Shown here: in pieces, positions 13,353-26,356 of the stretch | How the letters are laid out: each line of letters begins with the position of its first letter | How positions within the stretch are numbered: position 1 is the first letter of the stretch | Source of the DNA: Octopus vulgaris | Lineage: Eukaryota | Direction: 5' to 3' | Assembly (NCBI GenBank): GCA_951406725.2 | Contig: OX597817.1 | Span: 32,550,001 to 32,614,000 of the forward strand | Length of the DNA stretch: 64,000 nt | Made by a program: the position numbers and the translations under genes | The notes under the pieces: model-generated | The model's database searches: none | What the model was told of the DNA's origin: nothing | Seen by the model: the letters and a program-made list of their open reading frames with translations, nothing else

Positions 13353-13947
13353 CTTCCTCTCCTTCTCTCCAATATTTGATTTTTTTTTTATATATATTTT
13401 TATGAATTTGAATTATTTCCATTGCAATGTATTTGATTTTGCATGTTAGGAAATTGGAATGAAATTTCAGCAGTTGTAGTAGTAGTCCTAATGGTGGTGG
13501 TGGTGGTGGTGGCGGCGGCGGCGGTGGCAGTGGTGGTTTGGTGGTGGTGGGGGGGACATTGTTGCTTCTACTACTGTTGCTACTGTTGTTGTCACTGAAT
13601 TGTGTCAACGAGCTTGGTTCAAGTTGACATTGACACAGAAGTAATGAACTGAGAAATACAAATTTTTAAAAAAAGCAACAATTATTGAAAAATACATCAA
13701 AGCTTGAGAAATTATAATGGCTGTGTGGATAAGGTGATAGTTATATTGTTAGAGTTTGTATCCCATCACTGGTATTATGTTGACTTTTGGGCAAAGAACT
13801 AGACTTGACAAAGACAGAACAGCTAAGAATTGAAATATAATGTTTTGATGGGGGTGGGTAACAATTTGAAGATTGATAAGTAATTTAAGAGATTATAGTG
13901 AAGAGATTGATTTTCATAAGAATAATATTTCCTTTGATTAAGTTTAA

Positions 13948-14391
13948 CCCTTTTGTTACTGTATTTATTTTGAGGTGCTTTGTATTTCAAAGCACCATCC
14001 GTCCGTGGCCGTTTGCCAGCTCCGTCTGGCACCTGTGTGGGTGGCACGTAAAAAGCACCCACTACACTCACTGAGTGGTTGGTGTTAGAAAGGGCATCCA
14101 GCCATAGAAACACTGCCAGATCAGACTGGGCCTGATGCAGCCTTCTGGCTTCACAGACCCCAGTTGAACCGTCCAACCCATGCTAGCATGGAAAGCGGAT
14201 GCTAAATGATAATGATGATGATGATAATAATAACAAAGAATTTAATGAAATAACTTAGTTATCATTCAGCTAGTGTCAGGAACATAAATTGTGTCTAAGG
14301 TTTGGTGGAAGATTTTAATTCAAAACTTTTGAAAACAAGACATTTGTATTTAGAGCCAGAGCCGGTTTCAGCCGGGTTGGTAACGAAAGGG
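13948..14391. mobile_element. piggyBac-type MITE (family 1) interrupted by a family C copy (13991-14225)
   Basis: TTAA|CCCTTTTGTTAC ... GTAACGAAAGGG|TTAA; colinear with 15269-15488. Confidence 0.85.
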
Positions 14392-14446
14392 TTAAGATGC
14401 CATTTGTATGGTTGTAAGGATGGTTAATCCACATTCCTCTGTAAGA

Positions 14447-14667
14447 AGCATAGGGTCAGTTTCCCAGTTTCTCTGGCATATATATTCCTACCTGGATGGG
14501 ATGCTAGTTCATTGCAGGGTTACTCATTTTTACCAGCTGAGTGAACTGGACCAACGTGAAATGAAGTGTTTTGCCCAAGAACACAATGCATTGCCCAATC
14601 CAGGAATTGAAATCACAATCTTACGATCATGAGTCCAATACCCTAACCACTAAGCCATATGCCTCCA
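14447..14667 (-). mobile_element. SINE family D variant: tRNA head + CORE-like body beta + tail 2
   Basis: Minus strand TGGAGGCATATGGCTTAGTGGTTAGG...TTCACGTTGGTCCAGTTCACTCAGCTGG...CCTGCAATGAACTAGCATCCCATCCAGG. Confidence 0.75.
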
Positions 14668-15268
14668 TATAATTGTAAGAATTAATTCTGATAATTTCTT
14701 CTTCTTAATTCTTTTAGCTCTATGTGGAGTTTAGGGCACCGAGAGATCTCCATCTGCCTTGGTCTTTGGCAATAGTTTGCAGTGGTCCCCTGGTGTAGCT
14801 ACCTGCCAGTGCTTCAGTTTCTGTAAACCCACTCTATGTTGTTTTTGATTTTCCATGCTTGTATTTACCTTGGGGTGTCTATCAAGAGGGCTTGCCTTGT
14901 AATGATGAAAACAGATTTCTCAGCCCCGTTTCTCATTGAGAAAGATGCATTAGTGGAGCAGACATAGTTGGAAATGAAAACAGTATGAAGAGATTTTGAA
15001 GAAGAGAACCAAACAGCAGAAACTTTACAGAGGATAGCCCTCTGCAAAAACAAGAAAGCCAAACTTAACAATTTGCAAACCTGGATAAGCAAAGCTTAGA
15101 AACAGGGTTTAATAATATACATGGTATTCATTTTATAACTTGTAATAGGCATTCAGACCATGTACAGGGATCTTGTCAACAAGATAAGAGTTAACAATAA
15201 GTTCAGCAACTAAGTTCAGTCTGTTCCTGTTTATTATAGGCTGTCTAGGCACTAAATAAGAAGTTTAA

Positions 15269-15488
15269 CCCTTTCATTACTGTATTTATTTTGATATGCT
15301 CTGTGTTTCTTTCAATTACTTTAAATATAACAAAGAATTTAGTAAAATAACTTAGTTATCATTCAGCTAGTGTTAGGAATATAAATTATGACAAAGGTTT
15401 GGTGGAAGATTTTAATTTAAAACTTATGTAAACAAGACATTCGTACACAGAGCCAGAGCCGGTTTCAGCCGGGTTGGTAACGAAAGGG
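15269..15488. mobile_element. piggyBac-type MITE (family 1)
   Basis: TTAA|CCCTTTCATTAC ... GTAACGAAAGGG|TTAA. Confidence 0.9.
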
Positions 15489-15624
15489 TTAAGACTAGCT
15501 GTCCTTAGAAACTTTTGTATGATAATGATGTTCTCATAGTTAGTTCTCATAGCTGACTCTATCCAAGAATTCAAGAAAAGATTCCAAATATAGAAGCAAA
15601 CACTGGAATGAAGATATCTAAATG

Positions 15625-15846
15625 ATTTAGCATTTAAACCAGTCACATCCTGCTCAAATATCCTATCTGTTTTATGTTCAAACCAGCCAGATCTAGCCTC
15701 TTACACCTACTTTATGATGTCATTCCCAGAATAATCACATCACTGAAATTTTGAAGTTATGAGACAATATATGATGAATTGATGAATTCAAATGAATGTG
15801 AATAAATAAGCATCACATTTGACAGAGTAATCTGAATGCTAAAGGA
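15625..15846. mobile_element. piggyBac-type MITE (family 2), degenerate
   Basis: Colinear with 18813-19032; right end GAGTAATCTGAATGCTAAAGGA|TTAA. Confidence 0.7.
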
Positions 15847-16152
15847 TTAAAGTAGACCCAGTAAAGACAAAAGTTTTAGGTAACAGGAAAGAAGACATCA
15901 TCTGGAAGTGATCAAGCTAAAGAAGCAGAAAAGATAAGGATTTTCTACTGCATTCTCAATGTTAATTATGAGTACACAAGAGATGATGTGTTATCACAGG
16001 CAAGCTGACAGAGAAGGACTTTGTATGTAGTAGACGTTCAGAAGCATTTAGCAGTAAGAGGATTCATGAAATAAATTCTTTCAGATGCTTGGAGGCCTTT
16101 ATAGATGTAGCTTATGTAATTGGAAATGGAAGTAGATGTTCTGAAATCTACT

Positions 16153-16154
<2 letters not shown>

Positions 16155-16186
<32 letters not shown>

Positions 16187-17215
16187 CCATCATCATCACC
16201 ATCACCATCATCACCATCACCATCATCATAGGAACTTTTGTATGATAATGATGTTCTCATAGTTAGTTCTCATAGTTGACTCTATCCAAGTTTTCAAGAA
16301 AAGATTCCAAATGTAGAAGCAAACACTGGAATGAAGATATCTAAATGATTTAGCATTTAAACCAGTCACATCCTGCTCAAATATCACCATCATCATCACC
16401 ATCACCATCACCATCATCACCACCATCATCATCATCACCATCATCATCACCATCATCACCATCAACACCACCACCACCAAAGTGTGGATATCGCATGTTA
16501 GCAAAGCATGGTTGTTGAATGCAAAGGATATATACAAAGGATGAAAAGAAATGATATGAACATGTTGTGCTAGGTCTGTGTAATATCAGCATGTTTGAAC
16601 AACAGAGTATAAATGCGTTGATAGAATGACTGGGTCTAAGAGGAATTAGGTGAGGTGTGCTAGAAAGCTCAGATAGAACAGACATGTGGATGAGTATGGA
16701 GGGTAAACAGCTGGATAAAGAAGTGCCGAGCAATCCAAATGGAAAGAATGAATACATGAGACATGTAAGGAGATTGAGCTTCGCAAAGGAGATTACAAAA
16801 AGATTGCAACAGCTCTACTGGAGAAAACGTGCCCAGTTCATGGGAAAACATTGAAAAACAGATATGAAATGCTACTGTTGCAGATGACGATGATAGTGAT
16901 GATGATGGTGGGTGGTGGTGGTGGTGATGTTGACAATGACAACAAAGATGATGGTAATGGGGATGATGATAGTAATGATGGTAGTGTGATGATGATGATG
17001 ATGATGACGACGACGATGATGACAATGACAAAGAGGGGGAGGGAGGAAAGAAAGGAAGTGGAGGATGGTGAAGAGGAGAGGAGGGGAGGAGGAGGATGTG
17101 GAGGAGGATGAAGATGAGGAGGAGGTGGAGGAGGATGAAGATGAGGAGGAGGAGGATGAAGATGAGGAGGAGTAGGAGCAGGATGATGATGATGAGGAGG
17201 AGGAGGAGGGAAGGC
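16155..17215. repeat. Trinucleotide arrays (CAT/CAC; GAT/GGT/GAG) interleaved with LINE remnant
   Basis: Direct inspection. Confidence 0.9.
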
Positions 17216-17739
17216 AGGTTATCCTGAGTAGTTTTGCATTTGGTACTTAAAAAAATCAACTTCATCTACTATTTTTTACTGTCTGTTCAATCGCAATAAA
17301 TAATTAAAGTTAGACAAACTCTTTTAACCACTGAACCAGAATTTATTTCTTTTATTAATGGACAGAATTTTATTTTACAATCAATAAAAGCACAAGTAAA
17401 GAGTGTTAGACAATTACAAAGGTAATGGTTTTAGTCTAACCATTTTTCAGAACAACTGCTTTTGAAAGAAAATTTTTTAAATAACTTGAATAGAAGAAAA
17501 TAAGAGATAGTAAGAATAAAATGTTATTTAAGGAAAAAAGTTGAAGAAATTTCTTTTAGAAAATAGAAGGAATTGAAATGAGAATGGAACAAGATAAAAA
17601 AAATTTAGTGGGGATTTGTATGTCATCCAATCTTTTAATCATAATTTGGTCACATCTGTTTAGTTGTGACTATAGTTATTTTAATTCTAATTTGCATCAC
17701 CAAATGAAATTTTTTTTATTGATCAGCAACTGAACATAC

Positions 17740-17899
17740 AAGAGTGGCTGTGTGGTAAGTAGCTTGCTTACTAACCATATGGTTCCGGGTTTAGTCCCAC
17801 TGTGTGGCACCTTGGGCAAGTGTCTTCTACTATAGCCTCGGGCCGACCAAAGCCTTGTGAGTGGATTTGGTAGATGGAAACTGAAAGAAGCCCGTCATA

Positions 17900-17988
<89 letters not shown>

Positions 17989-18215
17989 ATATATATGTGT
18001 GTATGTCTGTGTTTGTCCCGCCAACATCGCTGGACAACAGATGCTAGTGTGTTTATTCCCCGTAACTTAGCGGTTCAACAAAAGAGACTGATAGAATAAG
18101 TACTAGGTTTACAAAGAATAAGTCCAGGGATCAATTTGCTCAACTAAAGACGGTGCTCCAGCATGGCTGCAGTCAAATGACTGAAGCAAGTAAAAGACTA
18201 AAAGAGTAAAAGAGT
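17740..18215 (+). mobile_element. SINE family A with long internal (TA)n
   Basis: Colinear with other A copies. Confidence 0.9.
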
Positions 18216-18254
18216 GTTTGTATAAAATTCATTTTGTATTATAATAAATTACTC

Positions 18255-18620
18255 TTTTATCATTCACTTGTTTTGGTCAGTGGACTGCAACCAAACAAGT
18301 CAACCACAGTACCTATTTCTAAATCTGGTACTTATTCTATCAGTCCCTTTTGTTAAACCACTAATTCATAAGGATGTAAACAAACTAACACCTGTTGTCA
18401 AACTGCGTCAGGAGACAAACACTGACACACACACACACACACATATATATACATACAATGGGTTTCTACACAGTTTTCGCCAAACAAATTCAAAAGGCAT
18501 TGATAAACCAGGGACTCAAGGGACTATAGTAAAAGACACTTGTCCAAGGTGCCATGAAGTAGGACAGAACCTGAAACAGCATAGTTGCAAAGCTAGCTTC
18601 TTAACCACATAGCCATGCCT
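18255..18620 (-). mobile_element. Old SINE family A copy
   Basis: Diverged reverse-complement match (ACTATAGTAAAAGACACTTGTCCAAGGTGCC, TTAACCACATAGCCA). Confidence 0.7.
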
Positions 18621-18812
18621 ACACATATTGTTTTGAGATTTTTTTTTTGTTTTTTTTTACCATGGTAGACACTTGGGTCATTCTGTCATATATTTCTGTT
18701 CTTTGAAATGGCTCAATCACTTTGTGAAAGAAGCAACCACAAGAAATAATTTTTAAAAATCTTGATAATTATTATTTGTCAAGTCATTGGCTGATTGAGA
18801 CATTAGCTTTAA

Positions 18813-19032
18813 CCCTTTAGTGTTTAAACCGGCCATACCAGGCCAAAATTATCTTCCTGTTATATACTCAAACCAGCCAGCTCTGACCTCTCCCACCTAC
18901 CCTACAAAGTCATTCTAAAAATAAACAGGGACATCATCAAAATCTCAGAGTTACAAGATGCTGTACAATTAATTTAAAACAATGTAATTAACCAGGCTTT
19001 ACATTTGATAGAGTAATCTGAATGCTAAAGGG
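18813..19032. mobile_element. piggyBac-type MITE (family 2)
   Basis: TTAA|CCCTTTAGTGTT ... AATGCTAAAGGG|TTAA. Confidence 0.85.
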
Positions 19033-19690
19033 TTAAGCAAATCCCTCCCAGTCAGAACGTCAGATATATTCTTTAGTACTTCTATCCAACCATTATCCAA
19101 AATGTTTGTGCACCATCCTTATTGCCATTTTCTTGATTATTTTCAATTCAGTTTGATAATGATTTGTCTACATTTCCCAATACCATAGTTTAGATGGAAT
19201 GACAGGCTAGGAAATATTGAAATATTAGTATGTTCAAAGGAAGAAATTTATTGCATTGTTTTTTATAGTAAACAAAGCTTTTAAGATGTTAAGGTGATGA
19301 GAGTGACATGTTGAGCCCACTTAATTCAATCATGTATTTTTTTAAAAGTATACCTAGGAAATGAAGCAAAGTAGTATCGCCTTTTTTTTATTCATTATAT
19401 CTTGGTATTACTTACATTTTGTGTATGGAGCAATGATAGCAATAATATCCATCACAAGAACCAAGGAAGTGATATTTGTTTTTTTAATGATTAAATAGTT
19501 TTTCATTTATCAGACATGCTGTAAATAATAGCGTTCTGTCACTGACGATAGGTTCACTGCATTTCCAGTGGTGAGAGTAATAAAAGAGTGTCTGTGCAAA
19601 TAGGGCAGAATAAATAACACAAAGTTATTTCTACTTGATGCATCAGTTTATCAGCAATTTTCTTATTAATGTGCATTGTATATGTACATA

Positions 19691-20074
19691 TGGAGGTGCA
19701 ATAGCCCAGTGGTTAGGGCAGTGGACTCTCGGTCATAGGATCGCAGTTTCGATTCCCAGACCGGGCGTTGTGAGTGTTTATTGGGCGAAAACACCTAAAG
19801 CTCCACGAGGCTCCGGCAGGGGATGGTGGTGATCCCTGCTGTACTCTTTCACCATAACTTTCTCTCACTCTTACTTCCTGTTTCTGTTGTACCTGTATTT
19901 CAAAGGGCCGGCCTTGTCACTCTCTGTGTCACGCTGAATATCCCCGAGAACTACTTTAAGGGTACACGTGTCTGTGGAGTGCTCAGCCACTTACACGTTA
20001 ATTTCACGAGCAGGCTGTTCCGTTGATTTGGATCAACCGGAACCCTCGTCGTCGTAACCGACGGAGTGCTTCCA
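19691..20074 (+). mobile_element. SINE family D (tRNA-Arg-like head, body alpha, tail 1; OR-like)
   Basis: A box TAGCCCAGTGG, B box GTTTCGATTCCC; near identical to 47371-47740. Confidence 0.9.
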
Positions 20075-20105
20075 CATATGTATATATGCATATAATATAT
20101 TTATA

Positions 20106-20480
20106 CAAGTGAGATCGTTGCCAGAGCAACAAGCTGGCCTCCATGCCGATGGCACGTTAAGCACACCATTCAAGTGTGATCGTTACCGCGTCACCTTACT
20201 AGCACTTGTGCTGGTGGCATGTGAAATATTTGAGCGAGGTCGTCGCCAGTGCCACTGGACTGGCTCCTGTGCAGGTGGCACATAAAAAGCACCATTTGGG
20301 CGTGGCCATTGCCAGTACCACCAAACTGGCACTCTCGGAGTGGTTGGCATTAGGAAGGGCATCCAGCTGTAGAAACTCTGCCAGATCAGATTGGAGTCTG
20401 GTTCGCCAGACCTCAGTCAAATCGTCCAACCCATGCTAGCATGGAAAGCGGACGTTAAATGATGATGATGATGATGATGA
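20106..20480 (+). mobile_element. Family C repeat
   Basis: Match to 3913-4458; (GAT)n tail. Confidence 0.85.
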
Positions 20481-20482
20481 TA

Positions 20483-21325
20483 CAGAGTGCGTGCGGTGAA
20501 TAAACTGTCGTCTAAATCATGTGAAAATGAAAATAAAAATGTCATCTCATTTTAACAGATATATTTACTAAAATTACATAAAATAATATTTTGAAATACT
20601 AAAGAGTAAATTTATTAAATAAAATCACCATTAGCTTCAACCATGGCCTCCAGGAGACTTTGGAATCTCCTGAAACTCTTCTAGATGGTCTCCTTGTTTA
20701 AGTTGGTTAATACTGCCATAATCCTTGCCTTCAGTTCATCTTTGGAGTTTTGTTGGTCTCTTGTTAAACTGTGCCCCACACATAATAATCAAGGGGGTTG
20801 TAGTCTGGGGAGATAGATGGCCAGATGTTAGGGGTGATGTGGTCACAGAAATTGTCTGACAGCCATAACTAGGTTCTCCTGCTTGTGTGGCATGGTACAG
20901 AGTGCTGTTGCTAGACATATGGCCTTCCAGCAGCCATCCTCTTGACCCAGGGCATTTCTCCAGGCACTTGATGTAGGCCTCCATGTTGAGTCTGAGGTCA
21001 TGTGGGAAGATGAATGGAAGCATAACGTCACCATCACTAGTGATCACACCAAATACCATAATGTTGACTGGATGTTTGATTTTTATCACTCTTGGTACGT
21101 GTTCTCAAATTACACTGCCCTCAGATTGATGCCCAAATACTCTGAAATGGAGCTTCTGGCGCAAATGCCAGGCAGTACAGCATGTTATTTTCAAATTTCT
21201 GGTAGAGTGAATTGTATTATGGTACTGATCCTACTATACTTTGTAATTGACAAAATCAAAAACAAACAAAGCATATGTGCAAAACTAAAAATATAAAATG
21301 ATGACAATTTACCCATCACACCCTG
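20483..21325 (-). mobile_element. Internally deleted maT (DD37D) Tc1/mariner transposon
   Basis: TA flanks; TIR CAGGGTGTGATGGGTAAATTGTCA vs CAGAGTGC(GTGC)GGTGAATAAACTGTCG; minus-strand KHPVNIMVFGVITSDG and QQ[H]SVPCH...WPSISPDYNPLDY, with 37 residues between the last two catalytic positions. Confidence 0.85.
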
Positions 21326-21682
21326 TATATATACACACACACACACACACATACATAGGCAGGTAGGCAGGCAGGCATGTATGTATGTATGTATGTATCT
21401 ATCTATCTATCTATCTATCTCCTCCTCCTCCTCCTCCTCCTCCTCCTCATCATCATCATCATCATTTAACACCTGCTTTCCATACTGATGTGATGTATGT
21501 ATATGACAACATTCCACACTGTTTTTATCAACCAAATTTCATTCATAAGACATTGATCAACCCAAGGCTATGATAGAAGATATCTGTTTATTTAGTACAC
21601 AATGGGATCAAACCCCAAATACTTGATTGTAAATGAGCTTCTTAACCTTGTGGTCATACTTAAGCTAGCTTGTTTGAATTAA

Positions 21683-21903
21683 CTCTTTTGGCACAAAATT
21701 TCTATTGGAATACACTACCTTTGTTTCAGTGAATTTTGACAAGAAAGAATATTTTAGTAAAATGACTTGTCACTATTAAGCTGGTGTTTGGAACATAAAT
21801 TAACATAAATTTTTTATGGAAAGTTTTAATTTGTATCACTTTAAAATTGGTAGATTATATTACAGAACCAACAATAATCTCAGGTAGGTTGGCATCAAAA
21901 GGG
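21683..21903. mobile_element. Old piggyBac-type MITE (family 1)
   Basis: TTAA|CTCTTTTGGCAC ... GCATCAAAAGGG|TTAA; internal similarity to 15269-15488. Confidence 0.7.
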
Positions 21904-23095
21904 TTAAGGCTGTCTGATATATTGATTAAATCAGCCTTTTGTTCTTTTTTTTAAAGATCTAAATATAAGGCTAAATGCATGTTACAGAGATTTTGAATAG
22001 CAATGGTCCGGATATTGAGTCATTAAGGCCACCATAAGTTACACTAATTTCTAGAGATATGATGTTTCCCGTTTATTTCCATTACATCCTATCCACTGCA
22101 AAAATTTTAAATCGCTTATTTCCTATGCCCCATAGACCATTGTGGTGCAATTTTGATGCTAGTATTTGTCAGTTTATGATATCAAGCAGTCTAGAAAGTA
22201 TTCCAAAAGTAATTTGAGGTTTGCATAGGAAGTTATATTTGCATCAGCTTATTTAGAAGTAAGAGAACAGGGTGGATAGTCAAATGACCTTTGCTGAAAT
22301 CACACTGGTTTACTTAGTTAAAAAATAATGATTTGGCAAGCCATAATTTTTGGTAGAATATTTTTGTTTTTTTAAAATAGCAGTATCAATGTTAATTGAA
22401 TGGCATCAGATGACAATTGTATGATAATTGTTGAAATCATAATCATCACCACATTTGAATATAAGAGTAGCTCATAGATATTTAATCTAATTTAAAAATT
22501 TTAATTTAGCTTATAGATATTTAATACTCAACTCTATTGATTTATTGAAAGAGTGATTAAAGGATTGAATTATGAAATGTAAGATATACTTGATTAGGAT
22601 CAACAATATAACTATGTTATAATATACTGTGGAGGTTTTAGGTTTCAAATAGAAGTAATAGCTTAAATATCAATTGCAGCTAACAACATCATTAAGATGT
22701 TTACAGTATTCCTTTTAACTATTGGTTAAAATGCATTGAAGATTATAGAACATTCTCATTGAGAAGTCTCTCATGTCTTGTATACAAATTAACTGAACAC
22801 AACCACATCTTCCCATTTAGGAAGAACACAGCAAAATAACAATAGAGTACACCCTTCCTATTTAGAACTTCATTCATAACGTACTTGTCTTTTTAAAAAT
22901 AATTTTTGTCTTTTAGTCAGGCAAGGAGTTGTTGCCAACAATCCTTTATAGGGCCTCCAAGACTGATGTAAGGGTGTGAAGAAAATATCCTTGAAGCAGA
23001 AAACTAGCCTACAATACTTAAAATAGAGTGGACTCTGCAAAAGGCACTGGAAGGGAAGGGATGACAGGTGATTGATCTTTGATCTTGTGACAATA

Positions 23096-23660
23096 TTCTT
23101 TTCTACTCTAGGCACAAGACCCGAAATTTTGGGGGAGGAGGTTAGTCGATTAGATCGACCCCAGTATGCAACTGGTACTTAATTTATTGACACCAAAAGG
23201 ATGAAAGGCAAAGTCGACCTCGGTGGAATTTGAACTCAGAACATAGACAGACGAAATACCTATTTCTTTACTACCCACAAGGGGCTAAACACAGAGAGGA
23301 CAAACAAGGACAGACAAACAAATTAAGTCAATTATATCGACCCCAGTGCGTATTTAATCGACCTCGAAAGGATGAAAGGCAAAGTCGACCTTGACGGAAG
23401 TTGAACTCAGAACATAGCAGCAGACGAAATACCTATTTCTTTACTACCTGCAAGGGGCTAAACACAGAGGGGACAAACAAGGAGAGACACACGGATTAAG
23501 TCGATTACATCGACCCCAGTGCGTAACTGGTACTTTTTTAATCGACCCCGAAAAGATGAAAGGCAAAGTCGACCTCGGCGGAATTTGAACCCAGAACATA
23601 ATGGCAGACGAAATACCACTAAGCATTTTGCCCGGCATGCTAATGTTTCTGCTAGCTCAC
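23096..23660 (-). mobile_element. SINE family B tandem trimer
   Basis: Three units, the last with an alternative tail; TSD cttgtgacaata at 23084-23095 and 23661-23672. Confidence 0.9.
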
Positions 23661-23689
23661 CTTGTGACAATACTGGACAATACTGGACA

Positions 23690-24090
23690 ATGCTGGGCAA
23701 AATGCTTAGCGGCTTTTCATCTGACTCTACTTTCTGAGTTCAAATGCTACTGAGATCAACTTTGCCTTTCTTCCTTCCAGAGTCGATAAAATAAGAACCT
23801 GTTGAGCACTGGGGTTGATGTAATTGACTTAACCCTTGCTTCAAAATTGGTAGCCTTGTGCCAAAATTTGAAACCATTATTATTATTATTATTAAGATAG
23901 TGATCTGGCAGAATTGTTTGTATGCTGGACAAAATTCTTTGTTGCATTTCACCCATCTTTATGTTGTTTGTTCAAATTCTACTGAGATTGACCTTGCCTT
24001 TCACATCCTTTCAGGATCAAACAGTAGAATTGATGTAATCAATCAGCCCCTTCCACAAAAGTTCCAGGCCTTGTGCCCATAGTAGAAAGG
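23690..24090 (+). mobile_element. Two older family B copies
   Basis: GAGTTCAAAT...ACTTTGCCTTTC motifs with alternative tail GCCTTGTGCC. Confidence 0.7.
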
Positions 24091-24099
24091 ATTATTATT

Positions 24100-24227
24100 A
24101 TTGTTGTTGCTGTTGTCATCATTGTTGTTGCTGGTGGTAGTGGTGGTGGTGGTGGTGATGGTAGGTAGTAGTAGTAGTAGTAGTGGTGGTGGTGGTGGTG
24201 GTAGTAGTGGTGGTGGTGGTAGTATTG

Positions 24228-24260
<33 letters not shown>

Positions 24261-24266
24261 CTGGTG

Positions 24267-24325
<59 letters not shown>

Positions 24326-24330
24326 TATTG
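24100..24330. repeat. (GGT)/(AGT) trinucleotide array
   Basis: Direct inspection. Confidence 0.95.
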
Positions 24331-24607
24331 TCGTTGTTTGGCAGAATCATTAGAACATTAGGAAAAAAAAACTTTTTAGTATTTTTTCTGGTTCTTTATA
24401 GTCTGGATTCAAATCTCACCAACTTAACTTTACCTTTTGATAAAAAAAGAAAAAAAAGTTCCTGTCAAGTATCAGGATTGACGTAATCAACTAATCCCCT
24501 TCCGTTGAAATTGTTGGCTAGAACAGGAACAAGGTCAGACGTTTGTGGGAAGGAACAGCTTATTATTCCAACCTCAGTACTTGGCAGTGGTTCCTAACAT
24601 AAAGCAC

Positions 24608-24945
24608 ATCATCATCATCATCATCATTGTTTAACATCCGTTTTCCGTGCTAGTATGGGTTGGACAGTTCGACCAGGGTCTGGGAAGCCAGAAGGCTGCA
24701 CCAGGCTCCAATCTGATCTGGCAGAGTTTCTACGGCTGGATGCCCTTCCTAACGCCAACCACTCCGTGAGTGTAGTGGGTGCTTTTTTACGTGCCACCGG
24801 CACAGGTGCCATGGGAGGCTGGCAAACGTCCATGATTGGTTGGTGCTTTTTACGTGCCACCGGCACAGAAGCCAGTTAAGGCGGTGCTGGCATTGGCCAT
24901 TTACGTGCCAGTGGCACAGAAGCCAGTCAAGGCGGCGCTGGCATC
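24608..24945 (-). mobile_element. Family C repeat
   Basis: (CAT)n plus three TTTACGTGCCAC/G units. Confidence 0.85.
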
Positions 24946-25888
24946 AGGCGGTGAAAGTCTCAAATTTGGTATGAAGGGAGAAATTGAATTGTATCAACAA
25001 AGGATTCAATTAGTGTTTCATTTAATGACCCTGAAAGAATAAAAGCAAGGCTTTGGAAGGATTTGAATTCGGAATGGAAATAAACAAGGTGTTTTCCATC
25101 TAACCAATTTAGCAATATTGATTTGTCATATCTAATAACAGGAAGTTCTAAATAATAACTACTTAAAATAGTATAGTAATTCTGATAATACTGGCGACTA
25201 GCATTGATAGATAAAATAATGATGCCCATAAGTAATTTCAATAGCTATCATTATATATTTGAATCATATAATGATATATTGAGATATAATAATGATATAT
25301 TCTGAAGTTAGTGACACCAAAGTGGCTGACAAAATGTAAAAAGCAAAAATGATCCGCCTACATATTTTTCATAGTTACAGCTTAATATTTAGATTATTAG
25401 ACAAAACACAGATATTATTTTGAGATTATAGTCTTCAACACAGTTGGAGATAGCTGTTGTTTTGCTCCATGATTTAAGCTTCTAATTCTTTCGTTGCATG
25501 AGCAATCAGAAAGAATCATAGTACTGTAAGTGATATAAGGACATGTACACAGCAAGAAACTGACTGAACAGAATGTAAAATAAAGTAATTGAAACAATAA
25601 TAATCATTGTTTAATATATACTCTTCCATGCTTGCATGAGTCAAACAGAACTTTGTTGAGGCAGATTTTCTCCAGCTGGATGTAAAATGTACAGTTCTTT
25701 TATCCATGGGATCAACAACAAAAGTACTCCATCCAGTGAGAGAGAAATATCATTTAATATATGCAGAATTTAAATTTGAGCTACCATTAGTTTCATGCCT
25801 CTAAAAATATAATAGTCAAACCAGCTTATAAAGCCTGCTGTGTATTTCTAAGCAATTATATTGCTTGGAAGTACATGGTATTAATAAT

Positions 25889-26356
25889 CCTTTCTACTAT
25901 AAGCAAAAGGCCTGAAATTTTGGGTAGGGGGCTAGTCAATTACATTGACCCCAGTGCTCAACTGGTACTTATTTTATCAACCCCAAAATGAAGAAAGGCA
26001 AAGGTGACCTCTGTGGAAATTGAACCCAAAATGTAAAAATGGATGGAATGCCTCTTAGCATTTTGTGTAGCATGCTAATTATTCTACCAGCTCGCTGCCT
26101 ATATACATGGCATTAATAACAATGATAATAATAATATGTAAAAGTGGTGAGTTGGCAGAAATGTTAGCACACTGGGCAAAATGCTTAGCGGTATTTCGTC
26201 TGTCTTTACATTCTGAGTTCAAATTCCACCGAGGTTGACTTTGCTTTTCATCCTTTCAGGGTCGATAAATTAAGTACCAGTTGTGTACTGGGGTCAATCT
26301 AATCAACTGGCCCCCTACCCTAAAATTTCAGACCTTGTGCCTAAAATAGGAAAGAA
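25889..26356. mobile_element. Head-to-head pair of family B SINEs (25889-26100 minus; 26143-26356 plus)
   Basis: Two complete monomers with the same alternative tail, about 40 bp apart. Confidence 0.85.

Larger units (their letters stand above)
14930..16880 (+). pseudogene. Highly decayed RTE/RTE-X-type LINE (RT, cysteine-rich region, C-terminus)
   Basis: Broken translations resembling FLFII..FKTSCP*KLLYDNDVLI (PWELLYADDLVLI-like) across the 15269 insertion; KTKVL and VHKR..ITGKLTEK.FVC; LGLRGIR near 16630; boundaries approximate. Confidence 0.6.

Noticed and set aside
22917-23070. Plus-strand coding exon after a good acceptor
   Set aside because: Stop codons in all three frames and a weak donor
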